Below, piece by piece: positions 1-14,607 of a stretch of 64,000 nucleotides of DNA. Source of the stretch: the human T2T-CHM13v2.0 reference genome, Homo sapiens. The notes under the pieces are model-generated. The model searched no databases. It saw only the letters and a program-made list of their open reading frames with translations, and was not told the origin of the DNA. Every line of letters begins with the position of its first letter. Positions within the stretch are counted from its first letter, which is position 1. Position numbers and translations under genes: made by a program. The stretch lies in NCBI RefSeq assembly GCF_009914755.1, contig NC_060929.1; one strand, 5' to 3'.

Positions 1-397
1 TTGGCAAGACACCATGCTTCTGATCTGCGAGACCAGTGAATGAAGAGCGGGTGTGGAGGATGCATGTGAGCCTGCGTGTGCAGAGCCCTGGGCAGGGCTG
101 GGAGGGTGCAGGGTGTGGAACGCATATCTTGTCAAAGGTAGCCTACAAGCCTCCGGCTCCTGGTTCACAGACACTCACTCAATCTGGAAACATGCCCCTA
201 TACAAGGCCCTGGAGCAACTGGCCTCTTGTCTTTCTGGAATCATCGCTGACTGGCAACCAGGACTAACGGGCTCTAGAGGCAGGGAGGAGCCTTCCCACC
301 CACCAGGAGATGCTGCAGTGCAGGTGCGGTGATGTTAGGGCCCAGTCTTGGTCAGAACTCTCCAGAAATGTCTACTGTGGGCTCCAGTGGAGCCTAC

Positions 398-504
398 CTG
401 GTTCATCTTGGGAAGATCCTTAATCGTCTCCTTCTGAGCCTCTTTCTCCTTGGCCCACATTCGAAGGTAGTGCCGATAGTCCGGAGAGCTGGTCCCCTTC
501 TCCT
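398..504 (-). CDS. TBC1D9B: TBC1D9B exon 21 (EEKGTSSPDYRHYLRMW...LPKMNQ, 107 nt)
   Basis: Acceptor ctgcag|AG, donor CAG|GTAGG; phase 1-0. Confidence 0.93.
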
Positions 505-981
505 CTGCAGGTTAGGAGGAAAGAGATTAATCTTTGTCATGTGAGACGGCTGCGGGCTGACAGCAGGGAGAGGAAGAGTTGGGTGTTTTCTGGCATGGAG
601 TTACCAGGGCCCTATCATAAAACACCCTGGCGTTTGGGAAGGTGGTCATGGGAAAAAAACCCAGAACAGCCACAGGTTTTCCCTAAATTGCTGCAGTGGT
701 TGGACCTAAGCTGATGACAATGATCCACAATGTCTTCTCTCAGATGGGGAGTCACAGGGCAGCTGGAGAGAAGCTGGCAAGAGAGGGCTGGCTGGGTGCC
801 CGTGGGGCTGGTGGAGAGCGTGGAGCCTCCTGTGCATCCCGAGGCCTGCTCCCTGATCGGGGGACGCATCCGCCATCTCCCGGGGTAGGGGGCTCCCTGG
901 CAGTGACTGGGGAAAAGACCAGCAAGCAAGGGTGCCTCAACGCTGGGGTCTCTAAGAACAGCGGCAGAGAATGGCCTGTAC

Positions 982-1032
982 CTCCTCTCTCCTCACTTCC
1001 ACTTCCTTCTTGCTCTTCCTGTGGTAGTGCTT
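982..1032 (-). CDS. TBC1D9B: TBC1D9B exon 20 (EALPQEEQEGSGSEERG, 51 nt)
   Basis: Acceptor tttgtccag|AA, donor G|GTACAG; phase 1-1. Confidence 0.9.
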
Positions 1033-2564
1033 CTGGACAAACGCAAAAATAAAAAGAACATGAATAACATTCTGCTGTTGGGACTGCAAGCTCCTGGGGT
1101 CCTTGAGATGTAGTCTGTGTTTCTGTACAGCCAGCCCCAGGCCAGGCCCTGGGGAGCAGGTCTCCCATGCCACACCTCCTGCCTGGCCCGCCCAGCCCCG
1201 CCCTATGGCACCAGAGCAAAAGGGCCTGAGCATTCCCTCACTTGGTCAGGTTAAAATAAAGGCCGCCAAACCCTCAATTCCTTTTTTCAAATGAATACAA
1301 GTCTCAACATGCTGGTTTTGACGTGAACAATGATGAGGGCTATAGACCAGTCTGAGGACTAACGAATTCTATAGTTCCTGCTAGAACTCAGGGGAACCCT
1401 AATGACCCCTTCCACCCGCGCCTGCTGTGCCTGTTACTGAGGGGTGGTCTGTGCACAGCTCCTGTGCTTGGTGCAGCGTTTCGGGGAGGACATTTGCCGG
1501 AACTGGCGCGCACTATACTCCCTGCGTGGGAACATGCACCTGGGGAGAGAAGCAGCCGACCAGCTCTCCTGGAGCTGTTCCCCAAAGGCAGTGTGGCTGG
1601 TGGGGGCACCTCAGGCAGGTCGGCAGCACCCCAGTTCTGAGCTGCTCTCGCTGGCTGTCTGGTGGCAGTGAAGGGCACACCTCTCTGGGCTCAGGCAACT
1701 CACCCTGGAATGGAGGCCCTGCTTCCTGGGGGCCACATGCGGTCTGAGGCCAGGGCTCTGCACCAACATGCCGCTCCCAGAAGCATGCGGGACAAGCCTA
1801 GAGTGGCCTGCTGGTTCCATGTACAACAGAAGGTGTACCTGCTTCTGTAGTTTCTGTCCTTGAAATCAAGGTCCTCAAGCTCAAGTCAGCCTCTGCCACT
1901 GTCACCAGGACTGCCATGGGCATCTTGGTACACACTATTTTTGGTTCTCTTTTGAGTCGGTTCCTTGGTGTGCATTATCCCCCATGTGAAACCACCAGGT
2001 GGCATTATGGTCGGTTTTGCAAGTGTGCTGCATGTCACCAGCTCGACTGCGAAAGCCCAGGGCCTAGCATGCTCCCATCACCTGGGATCAGATGCTCCCA
2101 ACAGGCTTTAAACATAGCACAGGGATGAGTTCTAACAGGCACTCAACATGCGTGTTTTTCCTTAACAAAAAACGTGACGTGGAACATGAAGATTTTTCCT
2201 AGGAAAGCATCCACTATTCTTTCCAGCCCCCACTCAGCCACACTGTGTCTTTCACACGCTCCAATGACAGCATTTTGTATTTGTTTCCTACTCACAGGAA
2301 GACAGAATGTCTCTAACATGTGGCTGTGGAGGCCTTGCCCTGGGCCTGCTTGGCGCCTAGTGTGGGGGCCTTATTTACCGCCCACCTACAGCAGACACGG
2401 AGGCGGTGCAGAGGAGTGGCTTGCTTCTGGGTCCTTCTCAGAACTTATGCCCCAGAGGATGAAGTCCCAGAGAGGTCCCTGGGACAAAGAGCTTCCAGGC
2501 TTCCTGATAGTGCAGGAAGAGTGTTAGGAGGTACAGGGGGCGCCCCTGCCTTCCAGGGACTGAC

Positions 2565-2615
2565 CTTGAGCCTCCCAGGGCAGGAAAAGATCCAGATCTG
2601 AGGCCAGAGGAGATG
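2565..2615 (-). CDS. TBC1D9B: TBC1D9B exon 19, 51-nt cassette (ASPLASDLDLFLPWEAQ)
   Basis: Acceptor cccttccag|CA, donor G|GTCAG; symmetric phase 1; matches the 17-aa difference I recall between the long and short isoforms. Confidence 0.82.
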
Positions 2616-2897
2616 CTGGAAGGGACAGCAGAGGAGAGGCAGAGGGGCAGAGTGGGGAGGAGCCAAGGTCCAGGAAGACAGAGACACAAGAGAAACAGGA
2701 GTGAGGACATCCACAGGGGGCGGCCCCAGCCCCCGCCAGCATGGCAGAGCCCAGCCCGTGGTCCCCTGGGGAGAACCCCATGCGGCCTGCTCCCTGAGCC
2801 CAGGTGGGACTGCTGGCCACTGCCCGAGCCCCACAGGAAGGCGGCGGTGGCTGCAGAGTGCTGGCTGGGCATGTCGGGTGTTCCAGTGGCCGCTCAC

Positions 2898-2969
2898 CTT
2901 CTGAGGAGCTGTCCTCTGTGAAATAATGGGCCGCCTCCAGGGCTGACTCGGCTTCCTCTGGGCTCAGAG
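2898..2969 (-). CDS. TBC1D9B: TBC1D9B exon 18 (ALSPEEAESALEAAHYFTEDSSSE, 72 nt)
   Basis: Acceptor gcacag|CT, donor G|GTGAG; phase 1-1. Confidence 0.92.
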
Positions 2970-3164
2970 CTGTGCTTGGAGAGAAGGCAGAGTGAGGGCA
3001 GGAGGAAACAAGGAGATCCTCTCAGAGTAAGTTCCCTCCAGCCCTGGGCAGAGCCTTGCTTTCCCTGCCCACGAGCCTGGCCAGTCCCAGCACCTGCCCA
3101 TGACAGTGCCCGGTAATAGTTTTGATGGTGATGATTGGTTCTGGTTATTTGTTACTTTCCTCAG

Positions 3165-3560
<396 letters not shown>

Positions 3561-4888
3561 ACTGCATCCAGCCGCTTTCCTGACTTTGACATTGTGTTTG
3601 AAAAGGAAATACATGTCCCAGGTAAAAATCCAATCAACACAATTAGGAGTCCAGTGAATGGCAGCTGCCCGCCTGCCCCAGTGACCATCTGGCCAGTGGG
3701 CCCTTTGGGGGCGTTTCATGCTCCTATGGGCGCACAGGAACCAGCCACGCACAGGCAACTTGCTGCTCTCCCTTTGGGTAGCTCAGAGGTCGGGCCGCGT
3801 TGTGCGTGTTGGCCGGCCTCATTCAGTGCAGTCTTTGCTGGAGGTCACCAAGCAGTACCCAGGGTTGCGGATCGCATGGTCCTGGGTGAGTGTAGCGGGC
3901 ATGGGCCACAAGCCCAGCAGAGCCCAAGTGTTCTCTGTGTCTGGACAGGACAGGGCAGGGCAGGCTGAGGAGGCTCAGGAGTCTCAGGGTAGCCCCGCAT
4001 GCTCTCAACCCTGGGACCAGGCCCAGTGGGGTCTGTCCTACCACGGCCTCTCTGGTGAGCCAGCCACAAACGAGAACAGCTATGTCAAGAGCCTTCAGCT
4101 CTGGAGGCACAGAGCAATGGCCTGCCAGCTTTAAAAACCACAGGTCTGGGCCCCATCACAGGCAATCAAGTGAGAATCTCCTCGGGTGAAGCTCAGCCCC
4201 AGTATTCTAAACATCCCCGGGGTCGGTTCTGAGGGCAGCTGCTAACCTCAGATGGCAAAGCGACAGCAGGGACCTGGGGCAGGTCCAGCCACAGCAGAGT
4301 GCCCAGCCCAGGATTTCCACCTGCCTGCGCCTTTGTTTCCTTCTGTGATGAGGGAGATGACCCCTCCTTGGAGCATTGTCCATGCAGCCACTCCTGCTGA
4401 GCCCTGCCCCCTGCACAGACAGCCTGTCGCCAGTGCAGCCCCACTAGGCTACAGCACCACTGAGAGGCCAGAGAGAAGTGGCCCCTCCTCATGGCCATGT
4501 GACAGGATTCTCTAGCTGAAACTCTGGGAATAAACCCTTAAGAAACTTGACAGATAAATGCAGCAGTTTCGGTTCCAGCCCTGAAGCTCCACTCATGGCC
4601 CTCCTAGTGGGTTTTGGGTCCAGCTGCCTCCTCGGTGGGAGTTCTGTACCCAGCAGTGCCCGGTCACCCATGGGATTCTCCTCCACGTCCCTTCCCAGGC
4701 CAAGGCCCTGCTCTCAGACCTCTGTGAAGTGCTCAAGCTCCCGCTCCCTCTCCTCCAATGTGAACCTCCAGCCTGCGACGCTGCTGTGCCCCCTCGAGGC
4801 CCCACAGTCTCACAGAGGCCTGTCCTCTGCAGCTGAACTTCTGGACAAGTGGGAGACCCTGGCTGGGGAGTGGGCAGGAGGCTCTCAC

Positions 4889-4954
4889 CTGGGGGAAGGT
4901 GTAGCTTGTAGAGCACCTTGAGCTTCTCTGTCAGGTCCCCGTGGTACATCCCGC
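4889..4954 (-). CDS. TBC1D9B: TBC1D9B exon 17 (SGMYHGDLTEKLKVLYKLHLPP, 66 nt)
   Basis: Acceptor ccacag|GC, donor G|GTGAG; phase 1-1. Confidence 0.94.
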
Positions 4955-5374
4955 CTGTGGAGAAGGCCAGGGAGGGCTGGGTCTGGCAACATGGCTGCAG
5001 AGCCCCTTCCAGGGGGTCCGAGTAGGACCCTCTTCACAGCCTGTGCTGCCCAACTCCCTCCTGGAGAGGTCACAGGGTGAGTCCCAGATCTCCTGTCTCC
5101 CTGGCGTCCTGCTGGGAAGGCTCAGCCCTTCCCTGGGGCTGGCAGACCAGCTTCTAGCAGCCCCAGACTGCATGAGGGAGGGGAGCGGGCAAGGCTCCTG
5201 CTGGACCCCATCTCGGCTCCCGTGGGTAAACTGTTCTTCCCGTATCTAGGGCCAGGGGCTCAAGCTGCCCCCTACTTGCTGCAGGGGGAACAGACAGGAG
5301 ATGCTGGCATTTGGAGGCTTCCTGGGAAAGGGTGAGGGAGGGTCAAGCCCCTGGTAGGCCCTGCAGGCACTCAC

Positions 5375-5615
5375 TCATCCCTGTCACGAACTCCTTGAAG
5401 TTGATCAGCGAGTCCTTGTTTTCGTCCAGGAGCCTGAACATGCGCCCTGCCAGCAGAGGTGTGTGGGAGCCACAGGCCCAGGGTGTCAGGCTGGCAAAGA
5501 GTTCCCGGAACTGGCTGGCATCAATCCGGTACTGCTCCAGGTAGGGCAGGCTGGGGTCCCGACGGCCGGCCATTGTGCGGCTGCACCCCCAGTACTGGCT
5601 AGCCAGGTGCTTGGC
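5375..5615 (-). CDS. TBC1D9B: TBC1D9B exon 16 (AKHLASQYW...DENKDSLINFKE...GM, EF-hand, 241 nt)
   Basis: Within ORF 5343..5759; acceptor cccacag|GCC, donor A|GTGAG. Confidence 0.95.
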
Positions 5616-5989
5616 CTGTGGGACACGGTCTGGTGAGACGGTCCAGCCGCTAAGCCTGTGGGTCGAGGGGACCCCTAGGCTGGTGGTGTGTCCACCCTCC
5701 CCCTCTGTCCAAGCCTGCGGAGCCCTGGGGCGGTAAGCACGGGCCAGACACTGCAGCACCTCCCGAAAGCTCTCAGGCTGTCATCAGCCCCTTGTTAACA
5801 GATGGGGAGGGGGTTGGCTGAGAGACAGAGTCCTTGGCAGCCTGCAGGGGGCCGAGCTGGTCTGCTGGCCCCAGAGAAGGGCTGAGCCTTCCTGGCAGGG
5901 CTCCAGGGAAACAAGAGGCCTGAGGCTTGCTCTCGCTCCTATGACCTCTCTAGGAGGCAGGCAGAGCTGGCTCAACTGTTGTGACGCTA

Positions 5990-6390
5990 GAGCCACAGCG
6001 CAGCAGCCACCTTGAGCACGGAACCTGAGGCAGCTGGAGAGGTGGACGGGAACTGGCAACAACAACAGAAAGGCAGATTCCAACCATTAAGGCTGGGTCT
6101 TTTGCTAAAAGCACAAGGGAAAGAAAAATTCTCTTTGCACTGGGATTACTGAGAAGAGAGTATGACCCTGGAGCTGTGACGACAGTCCTGGCATGGTGTA
6201 GGAAGAGCAGTGCAGAGGACATCAGAGATGGGGAAGCCTGACGGCACATTTCAGCACCTGGATCCAGCCATGCCTGAAGCTGTGCATTGCTAGACTTTTC
6301 AGTCTAGCAATACAGGGGCAATGTATTCCCTCTTCTGTGTAAGATGACTTGAATGGATTTGCTGCCATTTAAGAGGTCCTGCCTAAACTC
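5990..6390 (+). mobile_element. MLT1 (MaLR) LTR fragment
   Basis: cacctggatccagccatgcctgaagc...gacttttcagt motif typical of old MLT1 3' ends. Confidence 0.5.
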
Positions 6391-6581
6391 CAAGAGGGAT
6401 TCGATTCTACCACAGGAGGTTCATGGCAACTGCATCTGAGGATGCACTTAGATCTGTTTCTCTTTTTCTATTCTATTCCCTATTTCTATCTACTTCTAAG
6501 AGGATACTCTTAGATCCATTTCTTTTCTGGCAGGAAGCTAGGAAGCTAGGAACGGGTCCTGCCCTGGCTCTGAGCTGTCAC

Positions 6582-6650
6582 CTTAAACACCATGTAAAGG
6601 TCCTCCAGCTCTTCAATGGAGAAACCAATGTCCACAGGTATAGCTCGGAC
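6582..6650 (-). CDS. TBC1D9B: TBC1D9B exon 15 (VRAIPVDIGFSIEELEDLYMVFK, 69 nt)
   Basis: Acceptor ttccttctag|GTC, donor AAG|GTGAC. Confidence 0.93.
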
Positions 6651-6848
6651 CTAGAAGGAAGGAGAAACAGGGTATATAGCTGGATCACAAGCTCCTGGCA
6701 CAGAAGTACGGCACTCTGTGAGAGCATCCTCGGCAGACAAGGGCAAGGGTGTGAACCGCCCTCTCAGTGGCCCAGCACTCAAGGGCGGACCCTTCGGGAG
6801 AGAGCGAGGCCCACAGCCCATCCCTGGCCCCCCACCTACCACTCAGCT

Positions 6849-7173
6849 CACACTCCGGGCTCCTTTCCAGGATGGGCGTGGGGGAGTCTCTCTCTCACAC
6901 TCCGGGCCCCTTCCCAGGATGGGCGTGGGGGAGCCTCTCTCTCACACTCCGGGCCCCTTCCCAGGATGGGCTTGGGGGAGCCTCTCTCTCACACTCCGGG
7001 CCCCTTCCCAGGATGGGCGTGGGGGAGCCTCTCTCTCACACTCCGGGCCCCTTCCCAGGATGGGCGTGGGGGAGCCTCTCTCTCACACTCCGGGCCCCTT
7101 CCCAGGATGGGCGTGGGGGAGCCTCTCTCTCACACTCCGGGCCCCTTCCCAGGATGGGCGTGGGGGAGCCTCT
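6849..7173. repeat. VNTR, 47-bp unit x7
   Basis: Unit cacactccgggccccttcccaggatgggcgtgggggagcctctctct starts at 6849, 6896, 6943, 6990, 7037, 7084 and 7131. Confidence 0.95.
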
Positions 7174-7870
7174 GTCCTCAACGTGCAGCTGAGGTCGCAG
7201 AGTGAGGGATACTCATTTGGCTCCCGTCATCTGGATCCCTGCAGAGACCCTGGTGCCAGCTCTGTGGAAGGAGGCCGAGAACCTGCCAGCCAATGCTCCT
7301 GTACTTTAATTGGCCAAAGCAGTCAGTCTGTGGTGCTGCGACCCAATGTCCTTACAGTGTCCTACAAGCCTGCAGGAGGGCTGGGAATGTGGAAACAATG
7401 GAGGAAGTCCCTGCCTTTGGGGGCAGAGACCACAAACAGGTCTTGCAGCACAGGGTGGCAGGGAGGGCCTGGCCCCTCTAGAGATGAGAACAGCAGCTTG
7501 TGGCAGACACATGCCATTTGGGGTGTGCGGAGGATGGCGGCATGTTGCTACCTGGGAGTGGGGCAGGGAACACATGGGAAGCCAGGCTGGGCGGGCTCGG
7601 CCCAGAGGGCTGGGCATGTGGCTTTCAGGGTGGGAGCCATCTGAGAAGCTTCCCGGTGACACATCCACCAGCAGAGAAAAGTGACTGGAACCTCTCCCCA
7701 CATTCCCACCTACACCCCTGGATCCCGGTCCCATGAATCCTACCATGATGTACATACCAAAGCAGTGTAGGAGACTGGGTGCGGTGGAGCCCTGTACCCA
7801 CCCTGCTCTGTGGGGAAGGCACTGCTGCCCCCCCAGCCCAGCCCCCGCCCAGCCCTGCTGGCACCCATAC

Positions 7871-7969
7871 CACACTCCTCTTGGCCGTGTCCTCCAAGGA
7901 CTGGATCACTTTCAGCCTCTGTTTAAACCGCATCTGCTCAATGTCTTCGGCCCTCAGGCTGCTGAATTT
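7871..7969 (-). CDS. TBC1D9B: TBC1D9B exon 14 (KFSSLRAE...AKRSV, 99 nt)
   Basis: Acceptor ccctatag|AAA, donor GTG|GTATGG. Confidence 0.93.
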
Positions 7970-8097
7970 CTATAGGGAGAGGTGACTTGGTGAGATCAAG
8001 CCAACTGCAGGGCAGAGGGCCACCACCTGCCCATAGCCACCCCAACCCACATGCCAGATGGAGCGGCCTGGCCAAAATGGCCCCACTGGGTGCTGAC

Positions 8098-8227
8098 CTC
8101 ATAGGACACTTTCAGGAGCTCAAAGATGTCCACCTCTGCAGGGGGGTCATCGCTGCTGCTCAGCAAGGCACGGAGGTGCGGGATAGGAGGAGAGACACTC
8201 TGCTTGTTGACCACATTATCCAGGTAT
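8098..8227 (-). CDS. TBC1D9B: TBC1D9B exon 13 (YLDNVVNK...KVSYE, 130 nt)
   Basis: Acceptor ttgcag|A, donor GAG|GTCAG. Confidence 0.94.
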
Positions 8228-9880
8228 CTGCAAAGGACAGAGGACAACAGTCCAGACCACGCCCAGGCAGAGGGAGCCTCCTTCCCACAGCTGGGTGATG
8301 CGGAGGGACCCAATCTTTATGCAGACTCCTAATAAGGAGTGTGCAGAGGACTGGGCACCCTGCAGGAGGGCAGAGGTGTGCCCTGGCAGCGCCCCCAGCA
8401 AGTTGGGGAGCCCTCTACAGGGCAGTGCCCCCGACAAGGCCTGAGCACTAACCCTGAGGACGCTGGGCTGTTTTCTTAGTCAGTGGGGGGGTCCCTTGGG
8501 CAGGAACGCCTTATAACCCCAGATCCTACCCAGTTGGAAGGATGACGAGCTTCCTCCCTTTGGCGGGGCCCTGGGGATGTGGGACCTTCTCGCCCTGGCC
8601 AAGAAGATTCAGGGATCAAAGGTTGAGTCGCAGGAGAAAGTCAGGTGTGGGGAGGCCTGCTGCAGCCCAGGGAATCAGCTTCTCTAGGGACACAGTCCTG
8701 GGGATGGAGCCCTACCTCTGTCAGCTGACCTAGCCCCGCCAGAGTTCATGGCCTCTCTGGGTCCCTGGGCTGAGCCTGACACTCAGGTGGGAGGAGGTAG
8801 CTGACTCCCCATGCCCATAGCCCTGGTCATATCCCCAGTCAGACCCCTGCTCTGGAGGAGGCCCTATCCGCCTGTTGTAGGAAGCGGCAGGAAAACCAGC
8901 CACAGACTCCGGCCACAGGCTGAGTATCTTAACATCAGTGTGGACCAAAAGCTACTTAGGCCCACAGTAGGGAGGTGACAACCCTGCTGGATCTAGAGAG
9001 TCCCAGGCAGCACCTGGCCTGGCCATGGGCAAGTGGCAGAGTCCCAGGCTGTTCCTGGGGGCTGGGGGCATTCCAGTCCGGACAAATACGCTATGTAGGA
9101 GGGTGGGACTGCACAGAGCTCAGGGCAGGGCAGAGTGTAGCCAGGAGGGGCCGGGGCTTGAAGGCCAGGCTGGAGGCTCAGACAGTGCCTTTGTACAGAG
9201 GACCCAGGGAAGGGGCAGGGCCAGGTCTGATCAGAGTCGTGGGATGCAGGCAGGTCAAAGACTGAGAGGGGAACCCCAGGGAAAGGGCATGGTGGGCCTG
9301 GGCTGAGGCAGCAGGCTGAAGGGAAGGGGCTGGATCCCAGACAGAATCTGCAAGAGATGGGATGTGGGGACTAAGGAGGGGGTGGAGGGGCTGGGATGAC
9401 CCTGGACATTTGGCGTGACTAGTGGGACATCAGCTCATCCAGCTGTTCCAGCGGGCCCAGGGCAGGCCTGCTCCCTCCAGGGCATGGGGGCTGCAATGCA
9501 GCTGAGCTTGGAGAGGTATGACCGGGACCACCTGGTGGACATGAAATGCCCAGCTGTGCCACCAACTGGAATTGTGGTCACTGGATCTTGGCTCTGGTTT
9601 GCCCTCAGGGGAAGCATCTCCAACCCTACATCTGAGCGGTGGCCCTCCAGCCAGCATGCTCTGCCCGCAGTGCCTGCTTTACTCCTCCTGGCACCTATCA
9701 CTGAGCGCTGCTTCATCTCCCACTAGAAAGGAGCCGCCTCCTGACCCCAGAGCACCCCCGGGTCCAGCTGCAGCCTGGCACTTGGTGGGCACAGTCACTT
9801 CAGGCTGACTGGACAGTGCCCGGGGCTGGTGAGGGGTTCTGCTGTGAGCCCCCAGCAGGAGAAGGAACCCGGCATGTCAC

Positions 9881-10166
9881 CTGCCCAGCATGGTCATGGC
9901 CTCGCCCTCGTCGCTGCAGCCCAGCAGCTGCTCCATGTTGGCGTCCAGGACGGCCAGGGCCACCTGCAGGATCACCTTGATGCCCTCATAGAAAAAGCAG
10001 TCGACGATGACCACGGCGCTCTCGAAGGGCATGACGCTGAGGAAGAGGGTCAGGAACCAGGACAGCGAGATGCTGGAGATCACCCCCAGGTCCTGCATCT
10101 TCTCCGAGAGCTGCGGCAGGAAGTCTCTCGTGAGCTCTTCGAAGATGCCTTGGTCCACCAGGGCTC
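9881..10166 (-). CDS. TBC1D9B: TBC1D9B exon 12 (GALVDQG...MTMLGR, 286 nt)
   Basis: SWFLTLF TBC motif; acceptor ccgcag|GA, donor AG|GTGAC. Confidence 0.95.
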
Positions 10167-10898
10167 CTGCGGGCAGGATGAGCGAGGCTGATGGTGAGCC
10201 CACCCTGTGGCCTGGGTGGGCCCTCACCTGCAGCGTACGAGCCCTGGCCACTCCAGCCCTGCCAGCTGTGCAGTGAGGGCTGAGGGAGACTTGGAGTGCT
10301 GGGAGAAAACAAGGACGAAAAAACCCTTCAAGTCTCTCTACAGCTCCCAAACCACTGGGCGAAATAACTATTTCTTCTACTACACTTGAATTTTATTTTG
10401 GGGAAATACTGATTTCTCCGTAAGGCATGAGAGGTAAACAGCACCCTCAATGACTCTGTCCCATCCTGATGATTGTGAATAGACGCAGCTCTGAAGGACC
10501 CCAAGAGCGGTAACTCCAAACACCAGACAGCAGGGGAAGGACAGGATAACATGCTTAAATATGAACCTAATTAAACACTCTTGCAAGTCCATTTCCACTT
10601 CATAACAGATTTCACTGGATATGAGTTCAGTAAAGTTGAGCATCAGGTTACATGGGGGATATATACTCTCTAGTTTTGATGTTTGAAATTTTCCATAATC
10701 AAAAAGTTGACAGGAAGTTAGATGGATAGGAATTTAGGCTCTGAGGGGACTTTTATAAACCACCGAATGTGTAATACTACCCTCTAACTCCTAGGGAACC
10801 CACGTGAAGCCTGGAGCTTGGCCTGGGAAGGGCTGCCACCCTCATGGAACCAGCAGGCACCTGGAGACCCAGGCGAGGCAGCACCCGGGGACACTCAC

Positions 10899-11016
10899 CC
10901 ACCACCCTGGTGTTGTAGTAGTCGGGCAGCATGCGCTCGCACAGGGCCACCAGGAGCCAGAAGGCCTCCTCCTCACTGCCATAGAGCAGGAGCACCGAGG
11001 TCACGATGTTCATTGC
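10899..11016 (-). CDS. TBC1D9B: TBC1D9B exon 11 (AMNIVTSV...NTRVV, 118 nt)
   Basis: [11 protein letters not shown] motif; acceptor ggcag|GCA, donor G|GTGAG. Confidence 0.95.
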
Positions 11017-11599
11017 CTGCCGGGCACAGAGACAGCCGGGGAAGGCTTGCACTGCTGGCCAGCAAATAAAACTGTCTCTCCCCACCCCTCCCAGCCACCC
11101 CTCCCTGCAAGGGCCCACATGATCTTCTTTTTGTTGTTGTTATTTTTATTATTTTTCAGGTTCTCGTGGTGAAGATTAATGGCCTCCTCCTACAAGCAAA
11201 TCTGCCTCTTCAGGAGGGCTGGGCATCCGGTAATGAGAAACTGCCCCTACCCAACTCTGGGAAATGTCAAAAGGCAATTTGTAGGAAACTGATGGAACAG
11301 AGAGTCTGCCAACTCCTTCAAACTGGGTCAGAAGGCACTGGGAAACCAGAGAAGGTGAACATCAACACATCACACTTCTGCGGAGTGGTGTTGGGTGTTG
11401 GAGGTGGGATTATGACCAAGCTGATGTGGAGGTGAGCCACAAGGCCAGAGCCCCACACCAAGGCCACCCACTCGGTGCACAACTAGGACCACACACAGCC
11501 CTAGCTGCTAACAAGACCTTTAAGGCAAACAGAAAGCCATATGACTTGGCCAGGAAAATGCCTAGATTTAAAATCAAAAGCTGCGAGAAATGCTAACCT

Positions 11600-13040
<1,441 letters not shown>

Positions 13041-13288
13041 TGTTTCACCAAACACATACAACAATCAAATGCTGCTGGGACTCAGACAAAAGTACAAAGA
13101 CGACGACTTCTATTCGGCATGGGGATGCGATGAGCAATTAATACTGTTTTTAAATTACATCTTTTTCTGCTGGGCTCCTTCCTTGGGACACAAGGCAGGG
13201 TCACCACACAGGCCTGGGACCACAGGGACCTGCTCCTGTGAACCTCTGGTGGCAGATGCTGTCTCTGGGCCCCTGTCAGGCCCCTTAC

Positions 13289-13503
13289 CTGGCAGTAGCC
13301 GATGGTGGGGTTTCGGAAGGCATAGGCAGTCAGCACCCGCCGGAGGGCAGCAATCCCCAGCTCGTTCTGGAAGGCAGGGTGCTCGGGCATGGAGCGGTGC
13401 AGGTCTCGCTCGATCTCCTCTGTGGCCAGGCTGTACTTCCCGGTGGACTTCTCCACCAGCTCAGCATAGTACCCGGGGTGAGTCACCATCTCATTCCAGG
13501 CCC
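13289..13503 (-). CDS. TBC1D9B: TBC1D9B exon 10 (GAWNEMV...IERDLHRS...GYCQ, 215 nt)
   Basis: TBC arginine finger IxxDxxR and glutamine finger YxQ; donor CAG|GTAAG. Confidence 0.96.
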
Positions 13504-14026
13504 CTGGGGAGACACGGGTGCCAGCTGTCTCTGTCCTTCTTCTGGTACTTTGGGGGCAGTAACAGGGCAGGTTGGAGTCACCGGGTGCCCCACAGAGGAG
13601 AGGTGGGACTTGGGGTCAAGCACAAGCTGCGAGGTAAGGTTTCCCTTGTGCTCCTGGGGAGGGTGCTCTACCCGAAAGTTCAAGTGGCTGACTTGCCTCT
13701 TCCAGCAACCACGGGTGTGAATGCTGTCAGAGCCTGTCCCAAGGAAAGGAGGCCTCTAGGGGACCTGTTTCCCTCCCGCTGTGGGCGGGAGGGCACCACC
13801 CGGCCAGCAGAGTGCCCATTCCCCAGCCTCTGTCCCTCGAGATGCTCCTTCTGGTTGGGTCCCGGGCCAGAGCCCAGAGCCCAGAGCCCGGCTCCCGGCT
13901 GTGTGAAAGAGCTGGGAGCTCCTGCCTGGCCAACTCCAGGCCGGCTCAGGACAGACGAGCTCACACGGGGAGAGCTTGGGGACTGACTGGCTGAGCTGAG
14001 GCTGGGGGTGGCTGCACCCCACTCAC

Positions 14027-14177
14027 CGGAGAAGAGGAGCCACAGCTCTCCCCGGAGGCTCTCAGGGATACCCTTCAGGACCAGTGCCCGCGTCTTGGCT
14101 GTGCGGTACATGCACACGCCACGCCCGTACTCGAAGAAGTGGATGTGCCATGACTCCTCTTTCATCTTCTCCTTGGC
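14027..14177 (-). CDS. TBC1D9B: TBC1D9B exon 9 ([10 protein letters not shown]...WLLFS, start of TBC domain, 151 nt)
   Basis: [14 protein letters not shown] motif; acceptor cctcag|GCC, donor G|GTGAG. Confidence 0.95.
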
Positions 14178-14607
14178 CTGAGGGAAAAGCGCATCAGGGA
14201 GCCTGGGGGCCGAAGCGCATCTGAGTGCCGAGGCCTAGGCCACCGCGGAAGCCTCGTGAACACTCCAGACAGTGCTGGCCAGCAAGTGTGGCCTTCCTCG
14301 CAATTCCCGGGAAAGACCAGGCCGCGCTGAGCCACACCTCCCAAGGCTCAGGAGACCAGCTCCTCAGCGGGAGGGCCCTTCCCTTCAGAGGCCTGGAGTC
14401 CGTGGCAAACAGCACACTGAGCAGGTCAGCGGAGCCCCCCAGAGAGTGCCTGCTCCGTCTCACGCTGCCAGGGTGCAGCCTGGGTGGGCACTGCCCGGCG
14501 GTCAGCCCAGGGCCCTGAGGGAAGGCCCAGGCCCAGGACTGGCTCCAGCTTTCCTCCTGAGGGCTCCGCTCTTGACGGAGGCTGGAGTGCCGGCGCTCAG
14601 GGCTCAC

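Noticed and set aside
6849-7173. CRISPR-like regular array
   Set aside because: Units are contiguous with no unique spacers, and the context is eukaryotic; it is a minisatellite.
6423-7644. Overlapping 260/308/141-aa repetitive ORFs
   Set aside because: By-product of the stop-free 47-bp VNTR read in shifting frames.
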